Part shown: piece after piece, positions 41,780 through 53,629 of the stretch
How positions within the stretch are numbered: the stretch's first letter is position 1
How the letters are laid out: the number at the start of each line of letters is the position of its first letter
NCBI RefSeq assembly: GCF_001194135.2
Contig: NC_068984.1
Coordinates: 32,299,978-32,363,977, forward strand
DNA: 64,000 nucleotides
Reading direction: 5' to 3'
Source: Octopus bimaculoides
Lineage: Eukaryota
Made by a program: the position numbers and the translations under genes
The notes under the pieces: model-generated
What the model saw: the letters and a program-made list of their open reading frames with translations, nothing else
Databases searched by the model: none
Told to the model about the DNA's origin: nothing

Positions 41780-42430
41780 CATCATCATCATCATCGTTAC
41801 ACGTCCGCTTTCCATGCTGACACGGATTTGACTGAGGACTGGTGAGCCAGAGGCTGCACCAGGCTCAATCTGGTCTGGCAAAGTTCCTACAGCTGGATGT
41901 CCTTCTTAACGTCAGCCACTCCGAGAGTGTAGTGGGTGCTTTTACGTGCCACCAGCACGAGGGCCAGTCAGGCAGTTCTGGCAACAACCATGCCCAAAAG
42001 GTGTTTTTTACATGCTACTTGCGTGGGAGCCAGTCTAGCAGCACTGGCAACGACCATGCTCAAAAGTTGTTTTTCATGTACCACCAGCACATGTGCCGAT
42101 TAGGTGATGCTGGCAACGATCACGCTTGAATGGTGCTTTTCATGTGTCACCGGCACGGGAGCCAATCCGTGGCCCTGGCAACGATCATGCTCAGATGTGC
42201 TTTTAACATTCCACTGGCACGAGTGCCAATCAGGCGGTACTGTCATCAGCTATATCAGCGATTTTGATTTGTTTTCACTTGCCTCAGTAGGTCTTCGCAA
42301 GCAAAGTTCATTGTCCAATGAATTAGGGGTACTCATAAGTGGGCCGATTACACCCCACATTCGGATGTGTTTTTAACGTTCCACTGGCATGAGTGCTAAT
42401 CAGGTAGTACTGTCATTGGCCATGTCAGTG
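41780..42430 (-). mobile_element. RTE-like 3' UTR/tail with a ~65 bp tandem array
   Basis: (CAT)n end, shared tail motif, and about five diverged TGCCACC.GCAC...GGCAACGA.CATGCTC units. Confidence 0.85.
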
Positions 42431-44376
42431 ATTTTGAAATAAAACAGTAAAATGAAGTTCTTAATACATACTTTCTTTAATCTCTTATTTTTCCTTTAAC
42501 TTTTATGTTTCATCTGATATTGCTATACACAACTGGCAGTGAAAACATCATAACTGCAATATAAACGGGCAAATTCTGTTTTCCTGAATGATATAAATTT
42601 CTCATGGCCAAGAAAATCTGCTAGTTCAGTAAAATATATAGATTCATTTCAAACATTTATAGATCTAAAGCATTTTGTATTAGCTAAAACCACTGCTACA
42701 ATAGTTACTCTCGGAGGGACATTAATGAAAACTGTTATATAAAAACTTGTACCTTGTGAGTTACATGTTTTAAATAGTAAAGCATTTTGTTTCTGGACAT
42801 TGATCAGCTTGATAGAATTTCAACACACTCATTTGACCAGCAAGAAATAGCAATAAAATCTCTTTCAAATAACATCCTACTAACTTATAAAAAAAGAATA
42901 CATTGGGCTATACCATCCAGGATACTCCTAACACAGGAGAGTCATCAGCTACAATACTTTTAAGCCTACTTAGTAAACCTTGGGCTAAATAAGGACAACA
43001 AACTCACCATATTAAAACTTACTATGCACGTTGAGTGTAACTCATATAGACTTACGAGTTACCTTAAGTATGAGATGAAACATTGAAGTTAACAAAGAGT
43101 AAGACCATCCACCAATATTAGACAAAACCTTTATTTTAGCTAACAAAAGCGTAACAAAATTATAACATGGCTGGATATTATCTCTTGCTTTTGAGATTAA
43201 AGCATGTGATTAGAAATCTATTAAGTGGGTAGTAAATTGCATTAGAGCAATCAATATTAGATTTATGTTGGGATTCCAAGTGTATATGAATGCAATATTA
43301 TTGAAGTGTTTGTTCAGCTTATTATTGTCTCCTTGACAGCTGTTATTTTCCTTTGTTTCTTTGAAAGACATGTCATCTGTTACTTTTTGTTTTTGGTTGT
43401 GAAAGGATCTTCTTTGTATTTCTTCCTATCTTTTTTAATTCTACAAGCATTCTTATCTGTCCACTTATGAAATTACATTTCCTTTGTTAGCAGACAGCAT
43501 ACACATATTGCTGTTATCTTCTAGATATTAATTATTACTGATTCTTCCAAACAGTTATTCGGTTTTGTTGGCTGTAAATATTTTAAGGTTTCATTTATTT
43601 CCTAATGGAATTCTTGCACCTTAAAATATGCCAAACTTGATTATATATGGTAATATCTTCCTTTTTTATATTTACAGCACTTTGAAAAAAGAACTGAGCT
43701 TTTCTTCTACAATTTTATCTGAACTGAACAAAGTGCTTCTAAAAGACGAATAGCTATTAAAGTATCCATAGAGAACAATATAATATCTACAAAAGTAAAT
43801 ATTTATCTGTTCCAAATTATAAGCCATAGTTTTGCACTTTGATGGAATTTCAGTATAAGGACACATCTTTACAAGATCATAGACAAAACGACTTTCTCTG
43901 AAGTTAGTTGCTTTTCACTACAGGCTGAAAAAAAATATATTCCCAAGCACAGCAATGGTAATTTATTTAGAGTGAATCTTTAAATTAGCTCATTAATTTA
44001 AAACAAGTAAATGCGTTTTCCATGAAAAAAATATGTAACAGAAAAATTTTATTTTAAGTTGTATATATATTTGTATATTCCTTGTACACATCAAAAATTC
44101 AACTTCAACTGCCTTTTAGAGGGCTTGGCTGCAACAGTTCTGTCTAAATCATATTTTAGGGCAAACTGAATATTGTTAGCATCTTTTACAAGTAGTTTAT
44201 CTGAAATATAGTGAATACACGTGCCTATATTTTCTTTTAGTTATTAATAAACCTGAACAATCATTTTATATTCTGATGAAAGTGTATAGTATTAGCAGGT
44301 TAAAGTTAAAAGCTATGTATTGAGATTTTATTTGATGGGTAGTCCCTTGTTTTCCTGATATGTATATATATGTATA

Positions 44377-44408
<32 letters not shown>

Positions 44409-47400
44409 AGTTTTGACTGCTATTTCCAGCATGGTGGTATCTCTTAGATACCCTAAATTATAATATTAATATTTATACATACATACATATATACACATAC
44501 ATATACACGTGCAAATATACACATATACAAAAAAATTGTATACATAAAGATACACTCTTGCATGCACACACACATGCACATACACACCCTCCACATATGC
44601 ACACACCCCACACACACATATACATGAGCATATATACACACCTTTTCCCCACACATGCACATGCACACATATGGGGTGGATTTATACATAGAGAGTACGT
44701 ATAGGAATGGTGAGTACAGTAATATATTAATATAGATGCAGTGATGCTTATGTAAGTCTGTACATTTATATCATAATGAATAAATCTATATAAAACAGAC
44801 GTGTAATATGTTTCCATGTTGTTTGATTAATTTTAAGATTATAAATAGGCTATGCAAAGCAGATCTGGTTTACTCAAAGGATTATATCAAATTTAACTGA
44901 CGGATCCTTTATTGTTATGAAAAATTAATTATGACAGGTGTTCACACTTGTTATTGATATATATTTCAAAGCTTTATGATATTATTTGACTAGATGCTAA
45001 TTATGATTTGCTAATAATTTTATATAAACATCAGGCTTTATAAGTTGCAAGCTTTGAAATTCTATGACAAGATTTCATTGTTTTCTTATTTAGTACTTTA
45101 TGTTTTGAATCTCCCTCAAATATCAACTAGCAGAATACTTCGATAATCTGCACATAATATTTGTAGAGATTCACATATGCAAGCCTTCCACTCGTGTCTC
45201 TTTCTTTATAGGCTGGAGCAGTACTGGTGATACTCCATTGGAGTTTACAATTAATCCCACTTGACTTCAAAATCTAAATGTGCATTGATAATGATGGTGA
45301 TTGCATGCATCAAATTTATTATTATTAAGTGAAAGTCATTATTAAATGAATGAATGTGCTGTGAAACGTATTCAAAATATAGGATGTTGAACACATGTAA
45401 CATCTTCTGTATGTGTGCATATGGAATTCAAATTTATAGACTATATTTCTCATTGGCAATAACCATTAAGGGAACATTCCATAGCTAGTCTACAATTACA
45501 GGTGCATAAATTATTGTTTGGACAATAAGAATAAGACAAAGGTACCCCAGTTACAATTAAATAACTATTCACATCATCACATTCATAGGTTGCGAAGACA
45601 GTCATATCGTTATTAATCAGTTCATATTTAACAGTAGTTTCCATAGTATTACAATTTTAATCACTGGTATTATTATTACCATTAAATTCATTAGATTATA
45701 GTGAATATTTATATCTCACACCATCAAAATTGGTTTCATTAGTATCAGTATTATCAATATTATTGAGTGACACATATCTTGCAAAGTTTACGTAGATTTA
45801 GAATTAAGTTTTTTTTCTATATTAATCTTGGGGAGAGATTTGGGGAATGTTACTTTATTATAAAAACCCATACTGTTAGAATGCGTAATAGTATTTTCAT
45901 TTCTCTGCAAATTAACATTATTTTTAGAATTAGTAAGTATCTTACTATATGTTAACAGTGTGATATTTTTACTTTTACGTCTATCATTATAGATTTTCTA
46001 TAGAATTCAGAAGACAAACCTGCAAGTTATAAGGTTTTGGAAACAAATATGTCTATGTAAACAATGGAATTGCTGACAGAAAAGAATAGGTAATGAGTGT
46101 ATATGTATATTTCACTTAAAAGTGAAAATAGTGCACTGCTAACACAAGGTAAGATACAGTATTGACTTGTAAACCCATAATATACTTGACAGAATATCAT
46201 GGTTGCAGTATTAAATACTGTGGACTTGCCAGGAATGTATTTAGTATGCAAATTGATCTATTCAGTCGTTTTATACTTCTAAACCTAGTGGGTATTTAAA
46301 CAATGTGTTCATAAATAGTTAATTTGCAAATATATCAGGTGCTGATGAAAGGGCAATATCCCTTAAAATATGCATATACACATATTACCTTTTTTTTTTC
46401 TTTCTTCAGCCACATTGTTCACATAGACGTATTTGTTTATGAAACATCCTAACATGCAGTGCTAGCTTTGAATTCCATACAAAATCTTAAGAGATAAATT
46501 TAAAAGTGAAAATATTATACTACTAATACAAGGTAAGGTACAATATTAACTTGCAAACCTCTATTAGATTTGGTAGTACATCATGATTACAATACGAAAT
46601 ACTGTGGCCTTGTCAGCAATTAAACATATATAAAGAATAATACTCATCGCAAAATTGAGTCAGGAATGTCATAAATTATTACATATTTAAGCATAACATT
46701 TATAAAACCATGCTTACAAGAAGAACTTTGATAATTAAACTTTCATTTAAATTTATTTGGTACTCTACATCAGACTTGTTAGATCAGCGTAAATAATGCC
46801 ACAGACATTCCCTATGCTTTCAGATTCCAACTGGAACCAGAATACAATTGAATATTTTAATATTAAGCAATATCATTATAATAGTACAGATAGAATAATT
46901 CACTGATACAATTGCATCACAAAGTAAATAAAATGCTTAAATTTGTGAAAAGTATACTTCAAAATTAATTGCATAACAATGGCAAAGTATTTGGAACTAT
47001 ACTGATTTTGAAAAGAAGAACCACTGATTTATTGTCATGGTGATTAAATGTTATCACATATGCAAGGGTTATCACTCTCAACTGTCAAAATGGAAAGATT
47101 TTCAAACTTTGTTTTGCAATTAAATGATATGCCACTCACCCACCAAAATATTGCTCCTCACTCAATGTAATAAAAAAGTCATCTGTGTTTTATATCCTGT
47201 CTTTCTCTATAGTTACAAGATATGGACATTCTCCAACACTCTCACAAGTTACTTAAACACTTTTGGTACCTGAATGCTTTGTAGGATTCTGACTTACTAT
47301 TGGTCAGATTTTGCACCCAATCAATGACTATACTAAAAAAACTGGGATGCATCTAGTTACTTATATTGTTTGGGAGCATCAGCTCAGGCTGGTCATGTGA

Positions 47401-47449
47401 ACTGGTTTTCTGTTTAGTATCCTGCATATTGTATTCTCTTCCCTGAGGG

Positions 47450-47770
47450 AGGTGGCGAGCTGGCAGAAATGCTTAGCAGTGTTTCGTCTGTCTTTACGTT
47501 CTGAGTTCAAATTCTGCCAAGGTCAACTTTGCCTTTCATCCTTTCGGAAATCGACAAATTAAGTACCAGTTGTGTACTGGGGTCGATGTAATCGACTGGC
47601 ATCCTCCCCACCAATGCTTTTTTTATGTTTCTGTTTACCAAAGTTATACGGAAGGCTTTGAGCTGTCTTGAGCTATAGTAGAAGATACTTACTTGCCCAA
47701 AGTGCCATGCAGTAGGACTGTACTCTGAAGCATGTTGTGCGAAAGCAAATTTCATACCACACAGTCATGA
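47450..47770. mobile_element. SINE family A (+, 47450-47610) abutting a SINE family B fragment (-, 47620-47770)
   Basis: GGAGGTGGCGAGCTGGCAG...GTTCAAATTCTGCC...GGGGTCGATGTAATCGAC, then CTATAGTAGAAGATAC...GCCCAAAGTGCCATGCAG. Confidence 0.85.
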
Positions 47771-48654
47771 TTTTTATCTATGAATTTTTGTTAAACATCA
47801 ATATTCCTATGTATTTTACAATTATTATAGAAGAAATTGATCTGTTGAATATATTAGTGACTAATATATCATAGAAACATTTAATGTTTCTGAGATAATT
47901 TTGTATATATATATATATAAAGAAAAGCAAAAAATGATAACCATAGCTAAGGAACAAAACCAAGTTTTAATCATAAATTTAGAAAATGAATTTGGAAAAG
48001 ATTTTGTGCCCAGTAAGTTGTTTGCATACATTTCGTAATCCATTCAGAATCTTCATTTAAAGAGATATTTATGAAAAAGTATTGCAAATTCTGATATAGA
48101 TATCATGTATGACATATGTGTTCTTTTATGCATTATATTTGCAAATTAGTTTCTGTTTGCTATCAAAATGAATGGAACTTTTTTTTAGTTCAGCTACTGA
48201 ATATACACTGACAAAGGTATTTTGTTATGTTTTAAGGAGACATGGAATGTATGAATATGTTGGGAATACATTTTCCACAACGAATTACATGTCAAAACTA
48301 AATATAATTTCACCTCATTTTTAGTTTCAATAAAGTCTTTCTACAGATTGCCTTATATAGCAAATATGTTGTCATGAGTTATCAACAAGGTGTATGGAAT
48401 TATGTCATAACATAATGGATTAGAATTATGCTTTATATAATACAGTTCTATCTGCATTGTCTAAGGTTTGTCTTATATTGCATGAGAAAATACAAAACAT
48501 TTTTAGAACTAAGAGAAAAGTGCCCAAGTTAAAAACACATTAGTAATTTGTGTTGTTTATGATACAGGGTTATACCGTGTAACTCATCATCACCTATGAA
48601 TGATTCTAAAAGGGTCATTATCATTACATCATCATCATCACCATTTATGTCAGT

Positions 48655-48770
48655 CAAAATGCTTAGCAGTATTTCTTCTGATTTTATGCTCTGAGTTCAA
48701 ATTCCACTGAGGTTGACTTTGCCTTTCATTCTTTCAGAGTTGGTAAAGTCAGTACCAGTTGCACACTGGT
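48655..48770 (+). mobile_element. SINE family A fragment
   Basis: AAATGCTTAGCAGTATTTC...CTGAGTTCAAATTCC...GCCTTTCATTC. Confidence 0.8.
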
Positions 48771-49189
48771 CATCATCATCATCATCAACATCTCCCCCTC
48801 CTCCTCCTCACCACCACCATCACCATCATCATCATCTCACCCTCATCATCATGAGTTTTTCTTCTTTCAATTTTGTTTCCATTTCTTCCTGACACCTAGC
48901 GCAAGAAACTCACTGTATATATTGACTGGCCATTAAAATGAACACACAGGATTGTTCATTTACAAAGCCAGTTAAGGTAGAGAAAAAAGAAAAAGAAGAA
49001 AGTGAAACAAAAGGAAAAGGAAAAAGGAAAAAAGTGACGTACCAGTTAAAACAATCTTTTGCACTTCTTGCATGGACAAATTATTTTCAAGGTATGATGG
49101 GTAAATTGTCGTTATGTAATATTTCTAATCTTGCACATGTACATTGTTTGTTTTTGATTTTGTCAACTACACAGTATAGTAGGGTCAGT

Positions 49190-49981
49190 TGGACACTGTC
49201 TCTGAGAAAAACAGCACCATGAAGCAATTCACTCTGTCAGAAATTTGGAAATGACATGCTGTACTGCTTGGCATGTGTACAAGAATCTCCAATACAAACA
49301 GATGGTGAACACATGGAACAATCTAAGGCTTGCCATGTCCCCAAATCATGTACCGAGAGTGATAGAAATCAAACATTTAATCACCATCATGGTGTTTGGA
49401 GTGATCACTAGTGATGGTGACGTTATGCTTCCATTCTTCTTCTCACACTCAACATGGAGGCCTACATCAAGTGCCTGGAGGAGAAAGAGCTGCCCTGGGT
49501 CAAGAGAAAGACCCTATGTCAGGCAACAGACATGCTGAAAGATCCTATGTCTTGCAACAGGACTCTGCACCGTGCTACACAAGCAGGAGAACCCAGACTG
49601 AAAGCCCCTTGATTATTATGTATTTTTTATTTATTTATTTATGTGTTTCAGCCAAGTGGCTGCGGTCATGCTGGTGCACCACCGTGGGGCACATTTGAGT
49701 GAGAGACCAACAAAACTTCTTGTAACACCAAAAATGAACTGAAGGCAAGGATTATGGAAGCATTCACCAACTTAAACAGGGACACCGTCCTGAAAAGTTG
49801 CAGGAGATTCTGAAGTCGTCTGGAGGCCATGGTTGAAGCCAATGACGATTTTATTGAATAAATTTACTCTTTGGTATTTCAAAATATTCTAATGTAATTT
49901 TGGTAAATATATCTGTTAAAATGAGACATCAGTGTTATTTTCATTTTTGCGTAAGTTAGACAATATAATCACCGCACCCTA
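49190..49981 (+). mobile_element. Tc1/mariner (maT/DD37D-like) transposon 3' part
   Basis: IMVFGVITSDGDVMLPFFF, YVLQQDSAPCYTSRRTQ, PLDYY..WG...NTKNELKARI. Terminal CACCGCACCCTATA. Subfamily assignment is inference. Confidence 0.85.
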
Positions 49982-50572
49982 TATGTGTGTGTGTGGGCAT
50001 GCATGTGTGTGTGTACGTGCGAGCGTGCACGTGTGTGTGTATACGTGCGGGCGTGCATGTATGTGTGTGTGTGTGTGTGTGTGTGCGCACACGCTTGCAT
50101 GCGTGTGTTTGTTTCTGTTATTTTTCTTTGTTAGCAGAACATAATTAAGAGAGTATTTAACTGCTGGCATACACTGAGATCATAGGAGGATATTGTTTAT
50201 ATGAATCTCAGTTCAGTTTCAGGCTAATGCTTATTTTCTGCACAGTAAATATGTTGGCCATCACAGGTATTTTAAAAGTAAGTAAGATTGGTTAACCTCT
50301 TAATGTATTGCCAATTTTTGATAAAAGCAAGATATTGTCGAATTTTAGACTATATAATAAGTGCTATATATACATGCTATATATATATATATATATATAT
50401 ATNNNNNNNNNNNNNNNNNNNNNNNNNNNAGAAAAATGTTAGAAAAATATTAGAAAATCTTTTTGGTACTTTAACCATGTAACACAAGCCTTCTGTAGTT
50501 TTTTCACTCTTATTATCTTTTATACATCCAACCACGCGCTTGCACATACCAACTTTCTCACATATATATATG

Positions 50573-50617
<45 letters not shown>

Positions 50618-50619
50618 GC

Positions 50620-50652
<33 letters not shown>

Positions 50653-51275
50653 GCTATATATACATGTTATATGGTCACAAAGATTGCAAGTGTGTGCCAT
50701 GCTGCTAGTTGTAATTGTGTCCCAGAAAGACACTTTTAAAATGAATTGAATGTTCAAGTGACCAAATAAATTGGAATCTCATTACCTTTTCTGTCATTAT
50801 TGCAGTGAATTCTGTTGTGTGGATCTGGCAGATCTTGTACAGCCCTCACTCAGGCACTTCTGACTCACTTTCTCTTCTCATCACCTACATTATGCTCTTC
50901 TTCCAATCTTTCACTCAAAGCACCATGTCACTCCTTCTCTTCTAAGTTGTCAGTAATCTGGAAAATTCAATGGAAGCAATATTTTGTTTTGATTAATTTT
51001 ACAAAGGTAGACATCATCCTCGTGATTTTAATCTTCACTTTTCCATGCTTGCATAGGTCAGGTTGAATTTGTTGAAGCAGATTTTTCTGCAGCCAGATGT
51101 CCTTCCGGTTGCTAACCCTCATCTGTTTGCAACTAAGGTAGTATTTCCTCATTACAAGATATGGAAATGAGTGACAATGCTTGCATGACAGGGACACTTA
51201 CAACTATCATGCAAAGTCAATGTAAGGAGACAGTAACACACATGCACATTCACACACATATGCATGCACACACAC

Positions 51276-51476
51276 CGGGCGAAATGCTTAGCGGTATTTC
51301 GTCTGCCGCTATGTTCTGAGTTCAAATTCCGCTGAGGTCCACTTTGCCTTTCATCCTTTCGGGGTCGATTAAATAAGTACCAGTTACGCACTGGGGTCGA
51401 TATAATCGACTAATCCGTTTGTCTGTACTTGTTTGTCCCCTCTGTGTGTAGCCCCTTGTGGGTAGTAAAGAAATAA
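51276..51476 (+). mobile_element. SINE family A, young 5'-truncated copy inserted in a (CA)n tract
   Basis: Near-identical to the reverse complement of 9671-9888, CpGs intact, CACACAC on both sides. Confidence 0.92.
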
Positions 51477-51489
51477 CACACACACACAC

Positions 51490-51640
51490 ACACATGCAGG
51501 CCAAGTGCTTCCTTCAGTTTATGTCTACCAAATCCACTCACAAGGCTGTGGTTTGCAATGACACTTGCCCAAAGTACCAGACATTGGGACTGAACCAGAA
51601 ACATGTGATTGGGAAGAAAACCTTTTACCCCACAGCCATG
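51490..51640 (-). mobile_element. SINE family B head fragment
   Basis: TCTACCAAATCCACTCACAAGG...GACACTTGCCCAAAG...GGGACTGAACC. Confidence 0.8.
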
Positions 51641-53629
51641 TAAATAAATATATATTGTTTAGTCCAAGCATAGGTTGAGGAGACCTCTGTCCAAATGTAT
51701 TCTAGCTGTAACCATTTAAACTTTTTCTCTAAGACTACATTCTTCAATTTGTCCTGCTATTTTAATCTAGAAGAAAGCAACTTGAAAGAATTTGGCTATT
51801 TTAATAGGTTGTTAAGCAACTCCACTGAAACCTTGTTATTGGTTCATAAAGCTATATAATTTACCTATATGGAGAAGACAATAAATCATTAGTATTATCT
51901 CACCTTAAGTTATTTGAAACTATATCACTCACAACTTATTTAAGTAGTGTACGTAGTGTATCACAACGAATGTGGTAATGTTTTGAAGTCATCTTTTAGT
52001 TCTGAAACACACTATCCTTGCTTAGAATGTATCTTCTGCTCTTTGAAAAGCAAACAAAATTACAAAGTTCCATCTGACTGAAATATTTCTTGTTTAGTAT
52101 CACAATTTCATCTTTAGTGGTGCTATTCATTATGGCAAAGAGCCTTTAAGACTTTTGAAAGTTTGCTGCAGATGAAAGAATCAATAATGGTTGATGGTAC
52201 AATTAACCCTGATAAAATGTCTAGAAATTAATTTAGCACTGAAAATTGGTTCTGCAGTCAATTTAGAAAGATTCAAATGATATAAGTCAAGTTTTAATCA
52301 AAATATGGTCTCTTTTTGACACCTTTTACTCTCCTTTTTCTTACAGCTTCCTGACAGTGTACCATCCATGTTGGAACAATTATGCATCTGCATAAGCATC
52401 AATGTGTCGATGGGTGGAAATTGCAACATAATTTATGAGGACGTGCTTAAAGTACAAATAATCCTATAAGTGACATCATTCCTAAGAGAATAGTGATAAA
52501 TGGGTGACTGTTGAAGCTAGCAGAGAACAACAAGTTTATATGAAAGATGAAGTGTCAGCTTTCTTTTGTATTATCTGATTAAAGTTAATGAGCTGAGAAA
52601 ACTAATTGTTAAGAGTCTCATGGGTGCAATTCTGTCTTTTAGTGCCAAGGTGCTGAAGAAGTCAAATTGTCTGTATATTGTGGTATAACATTTAGAGTAA
52701 AACAATGCAAATTTTTATGAAAAGCAATAAAATGGCTGGCCTACTGAAGAAACTGAATGAGATATTTTGTCTAATTGATTTTGTTGTAGAAAATATAAAA
52801 ATATAAATTTATCATATACATATACAAGAAAGATAATTAAAAAATGTGTGTTGGTAAATGTTTTGTACCATACACTAGTGACTTAACAAATAATTAAAGA
52901 AGTGGAAACAAGTATGGTTGTTGAGGAATGTGATACAACTGATTTACTTGAGGGAGAAATGTCAATTAACTATATATGGAAACTAAATCACTGTACAGAT
53001 TTTGGATCAATTGTAAAAATACTTTAGGAGTGGTTTACTTAGAAGAAAGAGGAGACAAATGAAAAATTTTGAACTACGCAAACATTACTACCATTCACAC
53101 ATACACATACACACACACACACGCGCAAACACACGCACGCACACACACACACACACACACTCTCACAAAAATGCATTATGAATTAAGGACTTTAATGTCT
53201 TTAGTTTTAAACAAAAAAGCCAAACTTCAGAGCACAGAAATATATCTTTTTGCAAGAATTATCCCATATGTAGTGTACTTATCATGTCTAGTTTTGTGTC
53301 TATGCTTTGAAATGAGTTTTAAGTAAGATGTACTTTTGCAAATATGAAGACTACTAAAAAGAAGCAAACTATATTTTAAAGAGTGAAAAATACATGAAAG
53401 CAAGACACCAGCATCATCATTGTGGCCACCAAGATAAACCAAAACAGTAAATATGCTACTACAATTGAAAAGAAAATAGGCTTTAAGACCCTTCATAGTT
53501 GCTATTGAACTCTTATTCTCTTTTTCTTGTATGCGAGTGCTAGGTTCCTTTACATCTAGTATATTTCTCTGCTTGGCATGATTTGTGTTTGTATGTTACT
53601 CTTCAAAGGAGATCAAAGAGTAAAAAATG

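Noticed and set aside
45195-52400. Isolated strong plus-strand splice signals (acceptors near 45210 and 52346, donor near 48012)
   Set aside because: They do not assemble into consistent open exons.
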